From the NCBI GenBank assembly GCA_965200875.1, contig OZ241456.1, positions 64,001 to 128,000 of the forward strand: a stretch of DNA of 64,000 bases. The letters are read 5' to 3'. Positions 1 to 9,752 of the stretch are shown here, piece by piece. The notes under the pieces were generated by a model, which ran no database searches, was not told the origin of the DNA, and saw only the letters and a list, made by a program, of their open reading frames with translations. This DNA comes from Bdellovibrionales bacterium (lineage in GTDB: Bacteria > Bdellovibrionota > Bdellovibrionia > Bdellovibrionales > UBA1609). Numbering within the stretch: the stretch's first letter is position 1; each line of letters opens with the position of its first letter. The translations under genes and the position numbers were made by a program.

Positions 1-1071
1 AATGGATAAAAATAATATATCTTTTATAATCTGCCTCTTTTTTTTCAACTCTTCCCATTCTTTTTCCAACCGGCTTTCTTTCACTAGCCCTGCCCCGGAA
101 CCTATATAAGCCTTGTTGTTCATAAACTGAATATTACGAATAGCCACCAAACAAAAAGCTTTTTCCCCCATTGTTATTCCAAAAGGTGCTCCAAAGCTCA
201 GGCGGGGATGATGTTTTTTATCCAAATCCGCCAACATACTCAAAGCCTGCTTTTTAGGAACCCCTCCCAACGCAGGAGTCGGATGCAAAAAAAAGCAAAG
301 CTTTTCAAAAGATATATTTTCTTTCAAATGCAATTTAAAATCCGTTCTTAAATGCCGAATATCTCCTGCAGAATATATATAAGTCTTGGAGAACTGGAGG
401 TTTCCTGTTTTCTCCAAACAGGTTTTTAACTCCTCCACCACTATTTGATGTTCCTTTTGTTCCTTTAAGTCTTTCAGTAAATCATGCCCGGAATGATGAG
501 CTGTGCCCGCTAAAGCCATTGTTTGAACAAGAGGCCCTTCTTTTTGAAAAAGCCACTCCGGCGTAAAACCTGCTATAGCCTTTTTCCCCGACCAAAAAGC
601 ATAAGCAAATCCTGCTTGCTCAAGTGAGCGGGAAACCAAACGATAAACCAAAGCTGGCATATCCATTTCTTTTAACTCATATTCCGCAGTTTCAAAAAAA
701 ACTGGTACCACTTTTTGAAGCCGGCTTTTTGCAATTTGTTTTTTGGCTTTAAAAAAAAAAATCTCAAAATCCGAAAAAGAGGGAAGTCTCCATTGTAAAT
801 CAGATAGATTCAAAGCCCTCTTTTTTGTCTGACTACTTAAAAAATTAAGCAACTCCCTTTTGGAAAAAAAATCTGCCGTGGAGGGAACATACCAATTTCC
901 TGAACAAGAATCAGAGAGAAAAAAAGGAGGATGAAACAAACTCCACTTATTTTCAGCAGGTTTTAAAGAGCGGGAAAAAGGACCTTCAGCTAACAGGTAT
1001 TGATTAAGACCGGTTTGAAGCAAAAAACCTTCTTTTTTCCCGCGAGCTTTATATATTATTTTCCAACTCAT
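1..1071 (-). CDS. menF: Isochorismate synthase / chorismate-binding enzyme (runs off the window edge)
   Basis: Not in the ORF track because it has no stop in the window. ATG at 1071 (MSWKIIYK...). Contains LHPTPALGG (about 260-287) and ends ...EWEELKKKRQII, both typical of the chorismate-binding family. Lies directly downstream of DAHP synthase. Confidence 0.8.
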   Translation of the reverse strand, partial: MSWKIIYKARGKKEGFLLQTGLNQYLLAEGPFSRSLKPAENKWSLFHPPFFLSDSCSGNWYVPSTADFFSKRELLNFLSSQTKKRALNLSDLQWRLPSFSDFEIFFFKAKKQIAKSRLQKVVPVFFETAEYELKEMDMPALVYRLVSRSLEQAGFAYAFWSGKKAIAGFTPEWLFQKEGPLVQTMALAGTAHHSGHDLLKDLKEQKEHQIVVEELKTCLEKTGNLQFSKTYIYSAGDIRHLRTDFKLHLKENISFEKLCFFLHPTPALGGVPKKQALSMLADLDKKHHPRLSFGAPFGITMGEKAFCLVAIRNIQFMNNKAYIGSGAGLVKESRLEKEWEELKKKRQIIKDILFLSI

Positions 1072-1076
1072 ATCCC

Positions 1077-1877
1077 TTATTGCCCATGCTCAGAATGAAT
1101 ATAAAGAGCTTTATTCATAACAGATAATAATTTGCCAACCTGCTTCATTAACTGTTTGAATTGGCTAAAGTTTAAAGACTGGTAGCCATCTGAGAGAGCT
1201 TTTTCAGGAGCGGGATGAATTTCCACCAAAAGACCATCTAAACCCGCCACCAAAGCCGCTAAAGCCATGTTAATCACTAAAGAAGAATCTCCTGTACCAT
1301 GTGAAGGATCTACAATCACCGGAAGGGAGGACTCTTTTTGAGCCACGAGCGCGCCTGATAAATCCAAAGTGTTTCGGGTGCTGGTTTCAAAAGTGCGGAT
1401 TCCTCTTTCACAAAGAATCACCCGATTATTTCCGGCTTTCACCAAATACTCCATTGCCATCAGCCATTCTGTCACCCGCGCAGAGAAAGCTCTTTTTAAC
1501 AAAACCGGCTTAGGTTGCCCTCCAAGCTCCTTAAGCAATTCATAATTGTACATATTACGCGCACCTACCTGAAATATATCCACTACGGAAGAAAGCATTT
1601 CCATTTGTCTGGGATCCGTAATTTCAGAGACAAAGCTCAAAGAATGTTCTTTTTTTAAATCCCGAACTAAATCAATGGCCTCTTTTCCAAGTCCTTGAAA
1701 AGAATCAGGATGGGTGCGCATTTTATAAACTCCACCTCTTAAGAAAAAAATATTCTCCTGCTTTATAGTGTCCGCGACAGATTGCATCTGCTCTCCGCTC
1801 TCCACAGAACAAGGACCTGCAATAACCATAAAAGGCCTTGGAGACTTTTGAAAAAAAGAATACTTGTTTACTTCCAT
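1077..1877 (-). CDS. aroF: DAHP synthase, class I-beta, catalytic barrel only
   Basis: Motifs IAGPCSVES, KxRT (KMRTHPDSFQGLG), QVGARNM, LCERGIRTFE, DPSHGTG and EIHP..ALSDG. Confidence 0.92.
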   Translation of the reverse strand: MEVNKYSFFQKSPRPFMVIAGPCSVESGEQMQSVADTIKQENIFFLRGGVYKMRTHPDSFQGLGKEAIDLVRDLKKEHSLSFVSEITDPRQMEMLSSVVDIFQVGARNMYNYELLKELGGQPKPVLLKRAFSARVTEWLMAMEYLVKAGNNRVILCERGIRTFETSTRNTLDLSGALVAQKESSLPVIVDPSHGTGDSSLVINMALAALVAGLDGLLVEIHPAPEKALSDGYQSLNFSQFKQLMKQVGKLLSVMNKALYIHSEHGQ

Positions 1878-2031
1878 TTTTATTTTTCGACGACTATAAG
1901 ATTAATACTGAAGAAGTATAATAGCAAAATCCCGAAAATTTCAAACAATATATATTGTATTATGCCATATTGGTCTTATACTTGTTGATGAAAAACTTAA
2001 ACCCGAAGCGACTTAGAAAAAAAAACAATAT

Positions 2032-2784
2032 ATGAAAACATCTCAAAAAAAAACCTCCTCAAAGGAAGTTAAAAAAATATTCAGCTCCATAGCCGTTAAA
2101 TACGACCAGGTTAACAAATTTATCACTTTAGGTATGGACACAAAATGGAGAAAAAAACTGGTACAGTGGAGCCAAGTGCCTGAAAACGGGAAAGTTTTAG
2201 ATTGTGCGACCGGTACAGGAGCACTGGCTTTTGAGTTCCAAAAACAAATGGGACCAAAAGCGCGAATAACCGGCGTGGATTTTTGTAAAGAAATGTTACA
2301 GCAGGCTTACAAAAAAATGGAAAATATGTCTTCTGCCTCCCAAAAACACCTAAGCCAAACAATTAAAAATATTCATTTCCAGCTAGCAGATATTCAAAAA
2401 CTTCCTTTCCCGAACAATATTTTCGATGTCTGCTCTATGGCTTACGGACTCAGAAACACCGAAGACCCTTTAAAAACCCTTCGGGAAATGGCTCGGGTTA
2501 CAAAAAAAGGAGGTATAATCATAATTTTAGAGACTGGAGATAAACCCATGCCTCTTTTATGGCCTTTTTTTTACCTGCATTTCCGTTATATTGTCCCGTT
2601 TTTAGGAGGAAGGCTTACCGGCCAGAAATCCGCGTACCGGTATTTACAAAAAACTTCTAGGAACTTCCCATCCCGGGGGTTTCTCCTAAAGCTTATGAAA
2701 GACACAAAATGTTTTCATGCTTGCGAATACAAAGCTCTTTTTTTTGGCGCAAGCTTTATCTATAAAGCCCGCGTGGTCACTTGA
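2032..2784 (+). CDS. menG: Demethylmenaquinone methyltransferase (UbiE/MenG family)
   Basis: FSSIAVKYDQVN, LDCATGTG, YGLRN, EMARVTKKGG and AYRYL motifs; adjacent to menF. Confidence 0.88.
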   Translation: MKTSQKKTSSKEVKKIFSSIAVKYDQVNKFITLGMDTKWRKKLVQWSQVPENGKVLDCATGTGALAFEFQKQMGPKARITGVDFCKEMLQQAYKKMENMSSASQKHLSQTIKNIHFQLADIQKLPFPNNIFDVCSMAYGLRNTEDPLKTLREMARVTKKGGIIIILETGDKPMPLLWPFFYLHFRYIVPFLGGRLTGQKSAYRYLQKTSRNFPSRGFLLKLMKDTKCFHACEYKALFFGASFIYKARVVT

Positions 2785-2812
2785 ATAACAAACGACCTAA
2801 GTCGGGAGAACT

Positions 2813-3169
2813 TTAACTGTCATTTAATCCGCGGGAAGGCTTCTTTAAGTTTGAGTCCAGCCAAGAAAGAAAAGGCAAATTAGCTTTTGAAAAAGAAATG
2901 AATACCACTAAAGGACAAGTGTAACTGTGATGTTTCAGGATTTCCTCACATAAACTTTCAAACAAATCCTTACGGGTTTTTAAAATCAAAACCCTTTCCT
3001 CCTCTTCAATGTATTTACCCTCCCATTCATAACAGGATAAACCCGCTGGAAAAATATTTGCACAGGCCGAAAGCTTTTGTTGCAGACAAGCTTTAGCGAT
3101 TTTTTTAGCCTCCTCAAAACTTCCAACCGTCACATACACAAATCCATATTGTTTCATTTTGGTAGTCAT
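2813..3169 (-). CDS. cutA: Divalent-cation tolerance protein CutA
   Basis: VYVT..S.EEA..IA, LSACANI, YEWEG, ILKT and HSYTCP motifs. Start placed at ATG 3169 (GGAG 6 nt upstream); the ATG at 3157 is an alternative. Confidence 0.9.
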   Translation of the reverse strand: MTTKMKQYGFVYVTVGSFEEAKKIAKACLQQKLSACANIFPAGLSCYEWEGKYIEEEERVLILKTRKDLFESLCEEILKHHSYTCPLVVFISFSKANLPFLSWLDSNLKKPSRGLNDS

Positions 3170-3362
3170 TAAAATCTCCAACCTCATTTGGCCTTAATAG
3201 TATAACTCTGTCGTCTTTTATATCTGGTTCAAAGTGAGAATCGTTATTGTCATTGTCACCACAAACAACAATTCTCTCAATCTTTTTGTCTTTTAAAAGG
3301 TTACGCATATTGTTAGGACCAAAAAATAAAACTGGCTTATTTTTTAGTTTTAAAATTAAAAT
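3158..3362 (-). pseudogene. Truncated Toprim-domain (phage/plasmid primase-like) fragment
   Basis: The frame reads PVLFFGPNNMRNLL..KIERIVVCGDND...RVILLRPNEVGDFNDY. This has the Toprim DxD (GDND) and P..GDFND motifs but no N-terminal EG.xD/T motif, and it runs into cutA. Confidence 0.55.
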
Positions 3363-3464
3363 TTAATAATTATCAGGTTTTATGCTTACTTATGGTCTTG
3401 AATTGACGCATGCACCCATTTTGATAAAGAGAAAAAGTTAAAAAAACTGGCAGAAAAAAAGGCT

Positions 3465-3647
3465 TTGCCGGGAAAAGTCTTTCTGGATGATCAAAAAGTA
3501 ATTCCGACAATTAAAACATTGAAGATATGGCAACCCGTGGAGGTGGCAAATGGTTTACCACTCAAGTATACAGAGTCTCAAGACGGCATAAGTTATGAAA
3601 GTAATTTTACGAGACAGTCACTTTTTAAAGGATTAAAATTAAAATGA
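3465..3647 (+). CDS. Hypothetical protein, possibly a gene fragment
   Basis: The frame is open from 3402 without a good start codon; no recognisable motif. Confidence 0.25.
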   Translation: MPGKVFLDDQKVIPTIKTLKIWQPVEVANGLPLKYTESQDGISYESNFTRQSLFKGLKLK

Positions 3648-3692
3648 ATGATATAAAAAAAACGAAACAATTTTTAAACAAGGGGGAAAACA

Positions 3693-4100
3693 ATGGCACT
3701 ATACTGTGTGATTTGTAATATATTACTAGAGCACCCACAAAAGAAAGTCTGTGCAAATATAATCTGTAAAAGAAAACACCATAATAATTTAAGGCGAAAC
3801 TGGAGTGAAAAGAATCCAGAAAAGATAAAAAAATTTAATGAAGATAGGCGAAAGAGGGAATGGTTGAAAAAAGGGTTTTCAGAGCCACCGCCTAAGAAAG
3901 TTTATCCAAAGAGAATATATGAAGATAATAATGTTGATGACCTTGCGATTTTAAACAGGTGCAGAGCTAGTGCAGGATTACGGCCACTCTCTGAAATGCC
4001 ACAGGTTCGCTGTTATGCAGATCAAGGCCCAAAGCCAGAGAGACCCACAACATTACCTATGGGAAAAGGAAATAAAAAAATATACCCGTCAACATATTAG
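3693..4100 (+). CDS. Basic phage-like Zn-ribbon protein
   Basis: RBS AAGGGGG before the ATG. CxxC-x11-C-x4-C followed by a K/R-rich 'NPEK' helix, as seen in phage HNH-associated N-termini; no HNH motif is present. Confidence 0.55.
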   Translation: MALYCVICNILLEHPQKKVCANIICKRKHHNNLRRNWSEKNPEKIKKFNEDRRKREWLKKGFSEPPPKKVYPKRIYEDNNVDDLAILNRCRASAGLRPLSEMPQVRCYADQGPKPERPTTLPMGKGNKKIYPSTY

Positions 4101-4256
4101 ATATAACAATAATGCCTTTGGCGACTTTTATAATTGCTTTTTGAAAGAAGTAAATACCAAGCTGGATGATATTTTAAGCAAACAATAAATTTTTCACTGG
4201 CCATTATTTGCAATTCATTGTTATTTTAATTCTTTATCTTCAACAATAATCCTATG

Positions 4257-4274
4257 TCTTTATGATTCCCTTTA
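4257..4274 (+). repeat. Left arm of a perfect 18-bp inverted repeat (TCTTTATGATTCCCTTTA)
   Basis: Exact reverse complement of 4837-4854. Confidence 0.85.
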
Positions 4275-4395
4275 CTAAAAACGAAAAAAACCGTCTGAGA
4301 TAGACAGGATTTTTCACAACAAAAAGAATTATACGAAAATCTATAATGTAGAAAATTATCTGCCTTCTAGGCAGTAAAACTATTTATTCTTTTTT

Positions 4396-4749
4396 TTACT
4401 CATCTTCAACAACAATAAAACCACTTTGATTTTTTAAGGTTAAATAAGCCCCCAAACTTGGATCAACTTTCGCCCCGTCCAATTTCACCCACCAAAAATT
4501 CGCATCTCTCAAATTCGCCCTTACTAGGTTTGCCCCTCGCAAATCCGCAAGTCTCAAATTCGCATTACGCAAATTCGCCCTTCTCAAATCCGCCCCGTAC
4601 AAATTCGCGCCTCGCAAATTGCACTTATAATTTCCTGGCGTATAGATATAGTCTCTATAATTATCAATATTACAGGTAGTATCAGCCTCATTCTGGCCAT
4701 AGCTCAAAACACCAAAGCTTAAAAATAGTAAAGCAATTATTAATTTCAT
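4396..4749 (-). CDS. Secreted pentapeptide-repeat protein
   Basis: RBS AAGGAG, signal peptide MKLIIALLFLSFGVLSYG, and about 10 A(N/D)Lxx repeats encoded by 15-bp tandem DNA repeats. Confidence 0.9.
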   Translation of the reverse strand: MKLIIALLFLSFGVLSYGQNEADTTCNIDNYRDYIYTPGNYKCNLRGANLYGADLRRANLRNANLRLADLRGANLVRANLRDANFWWVKLDGAKVDPSLGAYLTLKNQSGFIVVEDE

Positions 4750-4836
4750 TATTTATCTCCTTTTTTAATTGTTTGGTTTGCATAATACAGGATTTTATAA
4801 AAAACACTTAATGAAAAAATAGCACTGTAAAAAAAA

Positions 4837-4854
4837 TAAAGGGAATCATAAAGA
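4837..4854 (+). repeat. Right arm of the 18-bp inverted repeat (TAAAGGGAATCATAAAGA)
   Basis: Exact reverse complement of 4257-4274. Confidence 0.85.
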
Positions 4855-4942
4855 AAGGGGGGTGGCTTTCAATCGCGGAAGGGGGGTTTCCATCTTTTTG
4901 TTTTTAAAGAGATTTGAGATGATAGAGAGATATTAAAAAAAA

Positions 4943-5254
4943 CTATGACCTATTTTTTATGTCCTTCACAATGACTTCATAAAGATCATCAAAACGCTTA
5001 TTTAAAAGTGCAATCTCTTTACTTAAAAGCGCAATATCTTTATTTGTTTCAGTGATATGATTGGCCAGAGTAAGCTTTATATCTGCAAAATTTTTATTTG
5101 AGGTTTGAATATGACTGACAAGACTTTCCTTTACTGTCGATAAATCCCTTCTCAAAGGATCAATTTTATCATCCACAAGATTAGCTATATCACGCTTAAA
5201 ATCTTCAAAAGGTGGCCAACCTGGCAAAAAACCATTTTTCTTATTTTCTTTCAT
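4943..5254 (-). CDS. Small coiled-coil hypothetical protein
   Basis: Heptad pattern. A 21-bp-period tandem duplication at about 5002-5041 encodes KDIALLS/KEIALLN. Extended -10 element just upstream. Confidence 0.65.
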   Translation of the reverse strand: MKENKKNGFLPGWPPFEDFKRDIANLVDDKIDPLRRDLSTVKESLVSHIQTSNKNFADIKLTLANHITETNKDIALLSKEIALLNKRFDDLYEVIVKDIKNRS

Positions 5255-5263
5255 AATAGCCAC

Positions 5264-5272
5264 ATTATATCA
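5264..5272 (-). promoter_or_regulatory. Extended -10 promoter (TGaTATAAT), near-leaderless transcript
   Basis: Perfect TGnTATAAT 9 nt upstream of the ATG at 5254. Confidence 0.5.
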
Positions 5273-5299
5273 TATTTATTTTTAAAGGGAGATTTTATT

Positions 5300-5527
5300 T
5301 TATACATTTATAATTTCCACCACTATTTTACAAAACTTGCTCCATGTTTTATGGTCAGGCTGAAATTCCTGTAAATTATTAAAATCTAAAATAAGATCCT
5401 CTTTAGCACACTTTTTCCGTACTTCTCTGCACATCCAGGTCAAATGTGCGGGCCTTAAAACACCGGGAATCCCCAGAGAATAATACTTACTTTCAACAAA
5501 TTCCTCTAAAGTAAAACCTTCAGACAT
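5300..5527 (-). CDS. Hypothetical protein
   Basis: 75-aa ORF with a GGAG RBS upstream; no recognisable motif. Confidence 0.5.
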   Translation of the reverse strand: MSEGFTLEEFVESKYYSLGIPGVLRPAHLTWMCREVRKKCAKEDLILDFNNLQEFQPDHKTWSKFCKIVVEIINV

Positions 5528-5705
5528 CTTAAATTCTCCAAAATACTACCTTAACCCCACACTAAAGCCGGGGGCAAAGGGGCAAAAATGGCTAAAATTG
5601 GTTTACCCAAAATAAATTTTTGAAATAACTAACAAAATTCAAATTAACACGATGTAATAACAAAGGGCAGAGTGCGTGTACACATACATATATATGGCCT
5701 TTTAC

Positions 5706-6743
5706 TCAGATCCGGTTCATAGTTTTTTTTCTCATCTGCCATTGTTCCAAAGCATATTGTCTCATGTCCGCCACGGAATCAAATTCATCCACAATTTCCA
5801 CACCCAATAAAGTTTCCACGGCATCCTCTAGGGTCACCAAACCGGTTAACACTCCATAAGAATCTACAGCAATAAAAATATGCTCTTTTCTTTTAATAAA
5901 CTGATCCAAGACTGCCGCCACAGAAATTTGATCGGGAATGGAATGAATAGGCTTCATATATTCTTCCAAACTTATGTCAAACAAGTCATGTGAATAAGCT
6001 TCCAATATTTTATAACGATGAATAAAACCCACCACTTGATCCAAACTTCCCTCAAAGACAGGAACCCTGGAAAACCGAATGGGCTGATTTTTCTCCATAG
6101 CTGATTTTATTTTTAGGTTTTTATCAAAAGCCAAAATGACGGCTCGAGGAGTCATGATTTCAGACACTTTAAGAGTGTCCAACATAAGGAGATTTTTAAT
6201 CACCCGACTTTCTTTTTGCCCTATAGCCCCTTCACTCGCTCCCATTTCTGCTGTAACAATCATATCTTCACGGGTGATGGAAGTGGTTTTTTTTCGGGTC
6301 AGCAGGCGATCCAGTTTTTCAGAAAACCACACCGCTGGATAAAGTGCGAAAATAAGAGCACTTACTAGATAAGTTACAAAGGGAGCCAGAGATCGCCAAT
6401 AGTTTGCCCCTATAGTCTTTGGAATAATTTCTGACACTATCAATATAACAAGGGTTAAAATAACAGAAGCTAGGGTCACAAACTTACTGCCATATAAAGT
6501 ATGAACTTGAGCGCCCACTCCAGCCGCTCCCACCATATTGGCAAAAGTGTTTAATGTTAAAATAGCGGAAAGCGGGCGATTTATTTGATTTTTAAGGGAT
6601 TTTAAAATATTTCCATAAGCCTTTTTCTTTTTAAGAACCGCCCGGACATACACAGAAGTGGTAGAAAGCATCACCGCCTCCATGACAGAGCAACAAAAAG
6701 ACACCACCACCGCCAGAAAAAAATAAATAAACAACAAGGTCAT
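5706..6743 (-). CDS. CNNM/DUF21-CBS membrane protein (HlyC/CorC-type Mg/Co transport family)
   Basis: N-terminal TM helices with SF.CS..EA, NT.AN and SEIIPKT, followed by a CBS pair (IMTPR, FSRVPV, VTLEDAVETLLG.EI.DE.D). Confidence 0.92.
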   Translation of the reverse strand: MTLLFIYFFLAVVVSFCCSVMEAVMLSTTSVYVRAVLKKKKAYGNILKSLKNQINRPLSAILTLNTFANMVGAAGVGAQVHTLYGSKFVTLASVILTLVILIVSEIIPKTIGANYWRSLAPFVTYLVSALIFALYPAVWFSEKLDRLLTRKKTTSITREDMIVTAEMGASEGAIGQKESRVIKNLLMLDTLKVSEIMTPRAVILAFDKNLKIKSAMEKNQPIRFSRVPVFEGSLDQVVGFIHRYKILEAYSHDLFDISLEEYMKPIHSIPDQISVAAVLDQFIKRKEHIFIAVDSYGVLTGLVTLEDAVETLLGVEIVDEFDSVADMRQYALEQWQMRKKTMNRI

Positions 6744-7013
6744 TTAAGCTCTCTTTCCCTCAATACTGAATGTTTTTTCTGGGACATTATGCACTCTCTT
6801 AAAAAAAATTCAGAGGGAAAAACCACAAAGCCAGGTTTACGGGTAAACCACCCCATACAGCTTACAACCAAGAAAAAAACCTCCGGGGGAAAAATAAAAA
6901 AACAGACCGAATCAGGATCATCTTTTTCAGATTTTCCATCTGTCGCTGAACAAGAAATAAAAATAGATAACAGGGCATTCATATACCAAAAAACAGGTTA
7001 GCAAATTTTTTAA

Positions 7014-7556
7014 TCATTTTGCACTATTTTCCTGATCCATAAAAATTCGTGTCCCTACAGCCCCTTTTTGCCCTTGATACTTGCCTTTATAGGGATTTTT
7101 TGTTTTCTGATCCATGCTACAAAACACAATTTGACAGATGCGTCGCCTAAAATGAAGACGAATAGGCAAAGTATTGGCGTTATAAAGCTCTAAAGTGAGT
7201 TTTCCCTCAAAGCCCGGATCCACCCACCCGGCATTTTGGATAAAAAGCCCCATACGCCCAACAGAGCTTCTTCCCTCCACAAAGGCTGTCAAATGATGCG
7301 GTAAACGGATAGTTTCTATAGTTGTAGCCAAGACGAAGGAATGAGATGGCACCAAAAAATCCTCTGATTCCACAGTTTGATAATGAGGTTCAGAGTTAAA
7401 ATCCAAAATATCCGCTCCCCAATGCTTGATAATAACAAATTGTTTTCCAAGCCTTAAATCCACGGAAGCAGGTTGTATTGAATCTTTACCCAAAGGATCA
7501 ATCAACAATTCTTTGCTTTGCAAATGGGCCTGAATGCTGGTATCAGAAAGAATCAT
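7014..7556 (-). CDS. dcd: dCTP deaminase
   Basis: [36 protein letters not shown] and Y.GKYQGQ motifs. Confidence 0.95.
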   Translation of the reverse strand: MILSDTSIQAHLQSKELLIDPLGKDSIQPASVDLRLGKQFVIIKHWGADILDFNSEPHYQTVESEDFLVPSHSFVLATTIETIRLPHHLTAFVEGRSSVGRMGLFIQNAGWVDPGFEGKLTLELYNANTLPIRLHFRRRICQIVFCSMDQKTKNPYKGKYQGQKGAVGTRIFMDQENSAK

Positions 7557-9664
7557 GCTTTTTTCTCTTTCTTTCTTTCTTTTTCCGCGCTTTGCTTAAT
7601 CAGCTCTTCCTGCACATTTCGGGGCACTTGAGAATATCTGGAAAATTCCATAGTAAATTCCCCTTTTCCCTGAGTGGCAGATCGCAGTTCTGTTGAGTAG
7701 TTAAACATTTCCGCTAAAGGCACTTCCGCCTCAATAGTCACAAACTTATTTTGGGCACGCGTGTTTTTAATCATACCTCTTCTTTGGTTGATTTGTCCGA
7801 TAACATTACCTTGAAACTCATCAGGAGCAGACACTTCCAGTTTCATAATAGGTTCTAAAACCGCCGGACGAGCCTTGACAAAATGTTCCCGGAAAGTCGC
7901 CATAGCACAGATTTTAAAAGCCAACTCACTGGAGTCCACATCATGATAAGCACCATCTGATAAAACCGCCTGAACCCCTACAATAGGAAAGCCGATTAAA
8001 GGGCCTTTTTTCATCTGCTCCTGAAAACCCTTATCCACCGCCGGAATATACTCCTTGGGAATCCGCCCGCCTGTTATTTTATTCAAAAATTCATAGTGTT
8101 TTTCCTCTTCCACGGGAAGGGGGTTAAAAGTCCCCATGACCTTGGCAAACTGTCCTGCTCCTCCTGTCTGCTTTTTATGAGTGTATTCATACTCCACAGA
8201 TTTTGTAATGGTCTCCCGATAAGCCACCTGAGGCTGGCCCACATTGACTTCACATTTAAACTCTCTTTTCATCCTTTCTATATAAATATTAAGATGCAAT
8301 TCCCCCATTCCAGAGATAACAGTCTGACCGGATTCTTCATCTCTATGCACCCGAAAAGTGGGATCTTCTTTTGTGAATTTCTGTAAAGCCTTGCTGAAGT
8401 TTCCAGTAGCACTTCTTTCCTGAGGTTCAACAGCCATAGAGATAACCGCGTTTGGAACAAACATGGAAGTCATGGTGTATTGAACACCTTCAGCACAAAA
8501 AGTGTCCCCGGAAGCGCAATCAATTCCAAAAAAAGCCACTATATCCCCCCCGCTGGCGGAACTAATTTCCTCGGTTTCATCTGCATGCATATAAACAATA
8601 CGAGGCACTTTTATTTTCTTTCCTGTGCGCACATTATGGATAAAAGCCCCTTTTTTGACAGTACCCTGGTAAATTCTCATATAAGTAAGTTGACCAAAGG
8701 GAGTATTATCCAGTTTAAATGCAAGACCCACAAACGGTTTTTCAGGATTCGGCAAAAGCACCACCTCTTTTTCCTCTTCCATCTGATTAAAAGCTTTGTT
8801 CTCCACTTCGGAAGGATTGGGTAAATAATCCACCACCGCATATAAAATCAGCTGAACACCTTTGTTTTTAAAAGCCGATCCCATAAAGACAGGAGTGATA
8901 TTTAAAGACACTGTCGCTTTACGAACTGCACACTTTATTTCCTCTTCCGTGGGATCTTTTTCACTCAGAAATTTTTCCGCTAAATGATCATCAAAATCCG
9001 ATAAGGCTTCAATCATTTTTAAACGATACTCTTTGGCCTTAGCTTTCAAATTTTCAGGAATATTTTTTTCCACCACTTTTTCCCCTTCTGTCCCTTCAAA
9101 ATAAAAAGCCTTCATTTTTACCAAATCCACCACTCCTTCATGTTTTTCCTCTAAACCAATGGGAATTTGCATCAGGATAGCGTTATGATTCAGTTTTTCC
9201 CTTAACATTTCACATACTCGAAAAGGGTTTGCTCCAGCCCGATCCAACTTGTTGATAAAGGCCACACGAGGCACTTTATAACGGCGCATTTGACGATCCA
9301 CTGTAATGGATTGAGATTGCACTCCGGCAACACCACACAAAACCAAGACCGCACCATCTAACACCCTTAAAGATCTTTCCACTTCAATCGTAAAGTCTAC
9401 ATGGCCTGGAGTATCAATAATATTTATATCATAATCCTCCCAGCTGACATTGGTGGCCGCAGACTGAATGGTAATGCCCCTTTCTCTTTCCAATTCCATA
9501 GAATCCATTTTGGCCCCCACTCCATCTTTACCCCGTACATCGTGAATAGCGTGAATCCGACCGGTGTAAAATAAAATCCGCTCTGTTAAAGTGGTTTTTC
9601 CGGAATCAATATGCGCGGAAATTCCAATATTGCGCACTTTTTCAATACTCCATTGCTTACTCAT
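7553..9664 (-). CDS. fusA: Elongation factor G (spd/mtEF-G1-like)
   Basis: [37 protein letters not shown] and GMGELHL motifs. Start moved to ATG 9664 behind GAGGTGAGG. Confidence 0.97.
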   Translation of the reverse strand: MSKQWSIEKVRNIGISAHIDSGKTTLTERILFYTGRIHAIHDVRGKDGVGAKMDSMELERERGITIQSAATNVSWEDYDINIIDTPGHVDFTIEVERSLRVLDGAVLVLCGVAGVQSQSITVDRQMRRYKVPRVAFINKLDRAGANPFRVCEMLREKLNHNAILMQIPIGLEEKHEGVVDLVKMKAFYFEGTEGEKVVEKNIPENLKAKAKEYRLKMIEALSDFDDHLAEKFLSEKDPTEEEIKCAVRKATVSLNITPVFMGSAFKNKGVQLILYAVVDYLPNPSEVENKAFNQMEEEKEVVLLPNPEKPFVGLAFKLDNTPFGQLTYMRIYQGTVKKGAFIHNVRTGKKIKVPRIVYMHADETEEISSASGGDIVAFFGIDCASGDTFCAEGVQYTMTSMFVPNAVISMAVEPQERSATGNFSKALQKFTKEDPTFRVHRDEESGQTVISGMGELHLNIYIERMKREFKCEVNVGQPQVAYRETITKSVEYEYTHKKQTGGAGQFAKVMGTFNPLPVEEEKHYEFLNKITGGRIPKEYIPAVDKGFQEQMKKGPLIGFPIVGVQAVLSDGAYHDVDSSELAFKICAMATFREHFVKARPAVLEPIMKLEVSAPDEFQGNVIGQINQRRGMIKNTRAQNKFVTIEAEVPLAEMFNYSTELRSATQGKGEFTMEFSRYSQVPRNVQEELIKQSAEKERKKEKKA

Positions 9665-9752
9665 TTTTTGCCTCACCTCTTTAAAAAGATTTATTATTAT
9701 GCCACCTTAGCTTGATTTTCAACACTATTTTTTAGTATATTTTTTCAAAGAA

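Larger units (their letters stand above)
3160..5700. mobile_element. Small degraded foreign/phage-derived patch between cutA and the CNNM gene
   Basis: Visibly AT-richer than its flanks, with low coding density, short orphan ORFs on both strands, a Toprim relic and a Zn-ribbon ORF. No integrase or att sites found. Boundaries are approximate. Confidence 0.45.

Noticed and set aside
4496..4622. 15-bp periodic repeats that look like a mini-array
   Set aside because: They are the codons of the pentapeptide repeats. There are no unique spacers and no cas genes, so this is not CRISPR.
6740..7001. Opposing short ORFs 6740-6982 (-) and 6789-7001 (+)
   Set aside because: No motif or convincing RBS. 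The ATGA overlap with the CNNM gene is suggestive but not enough to call either one.
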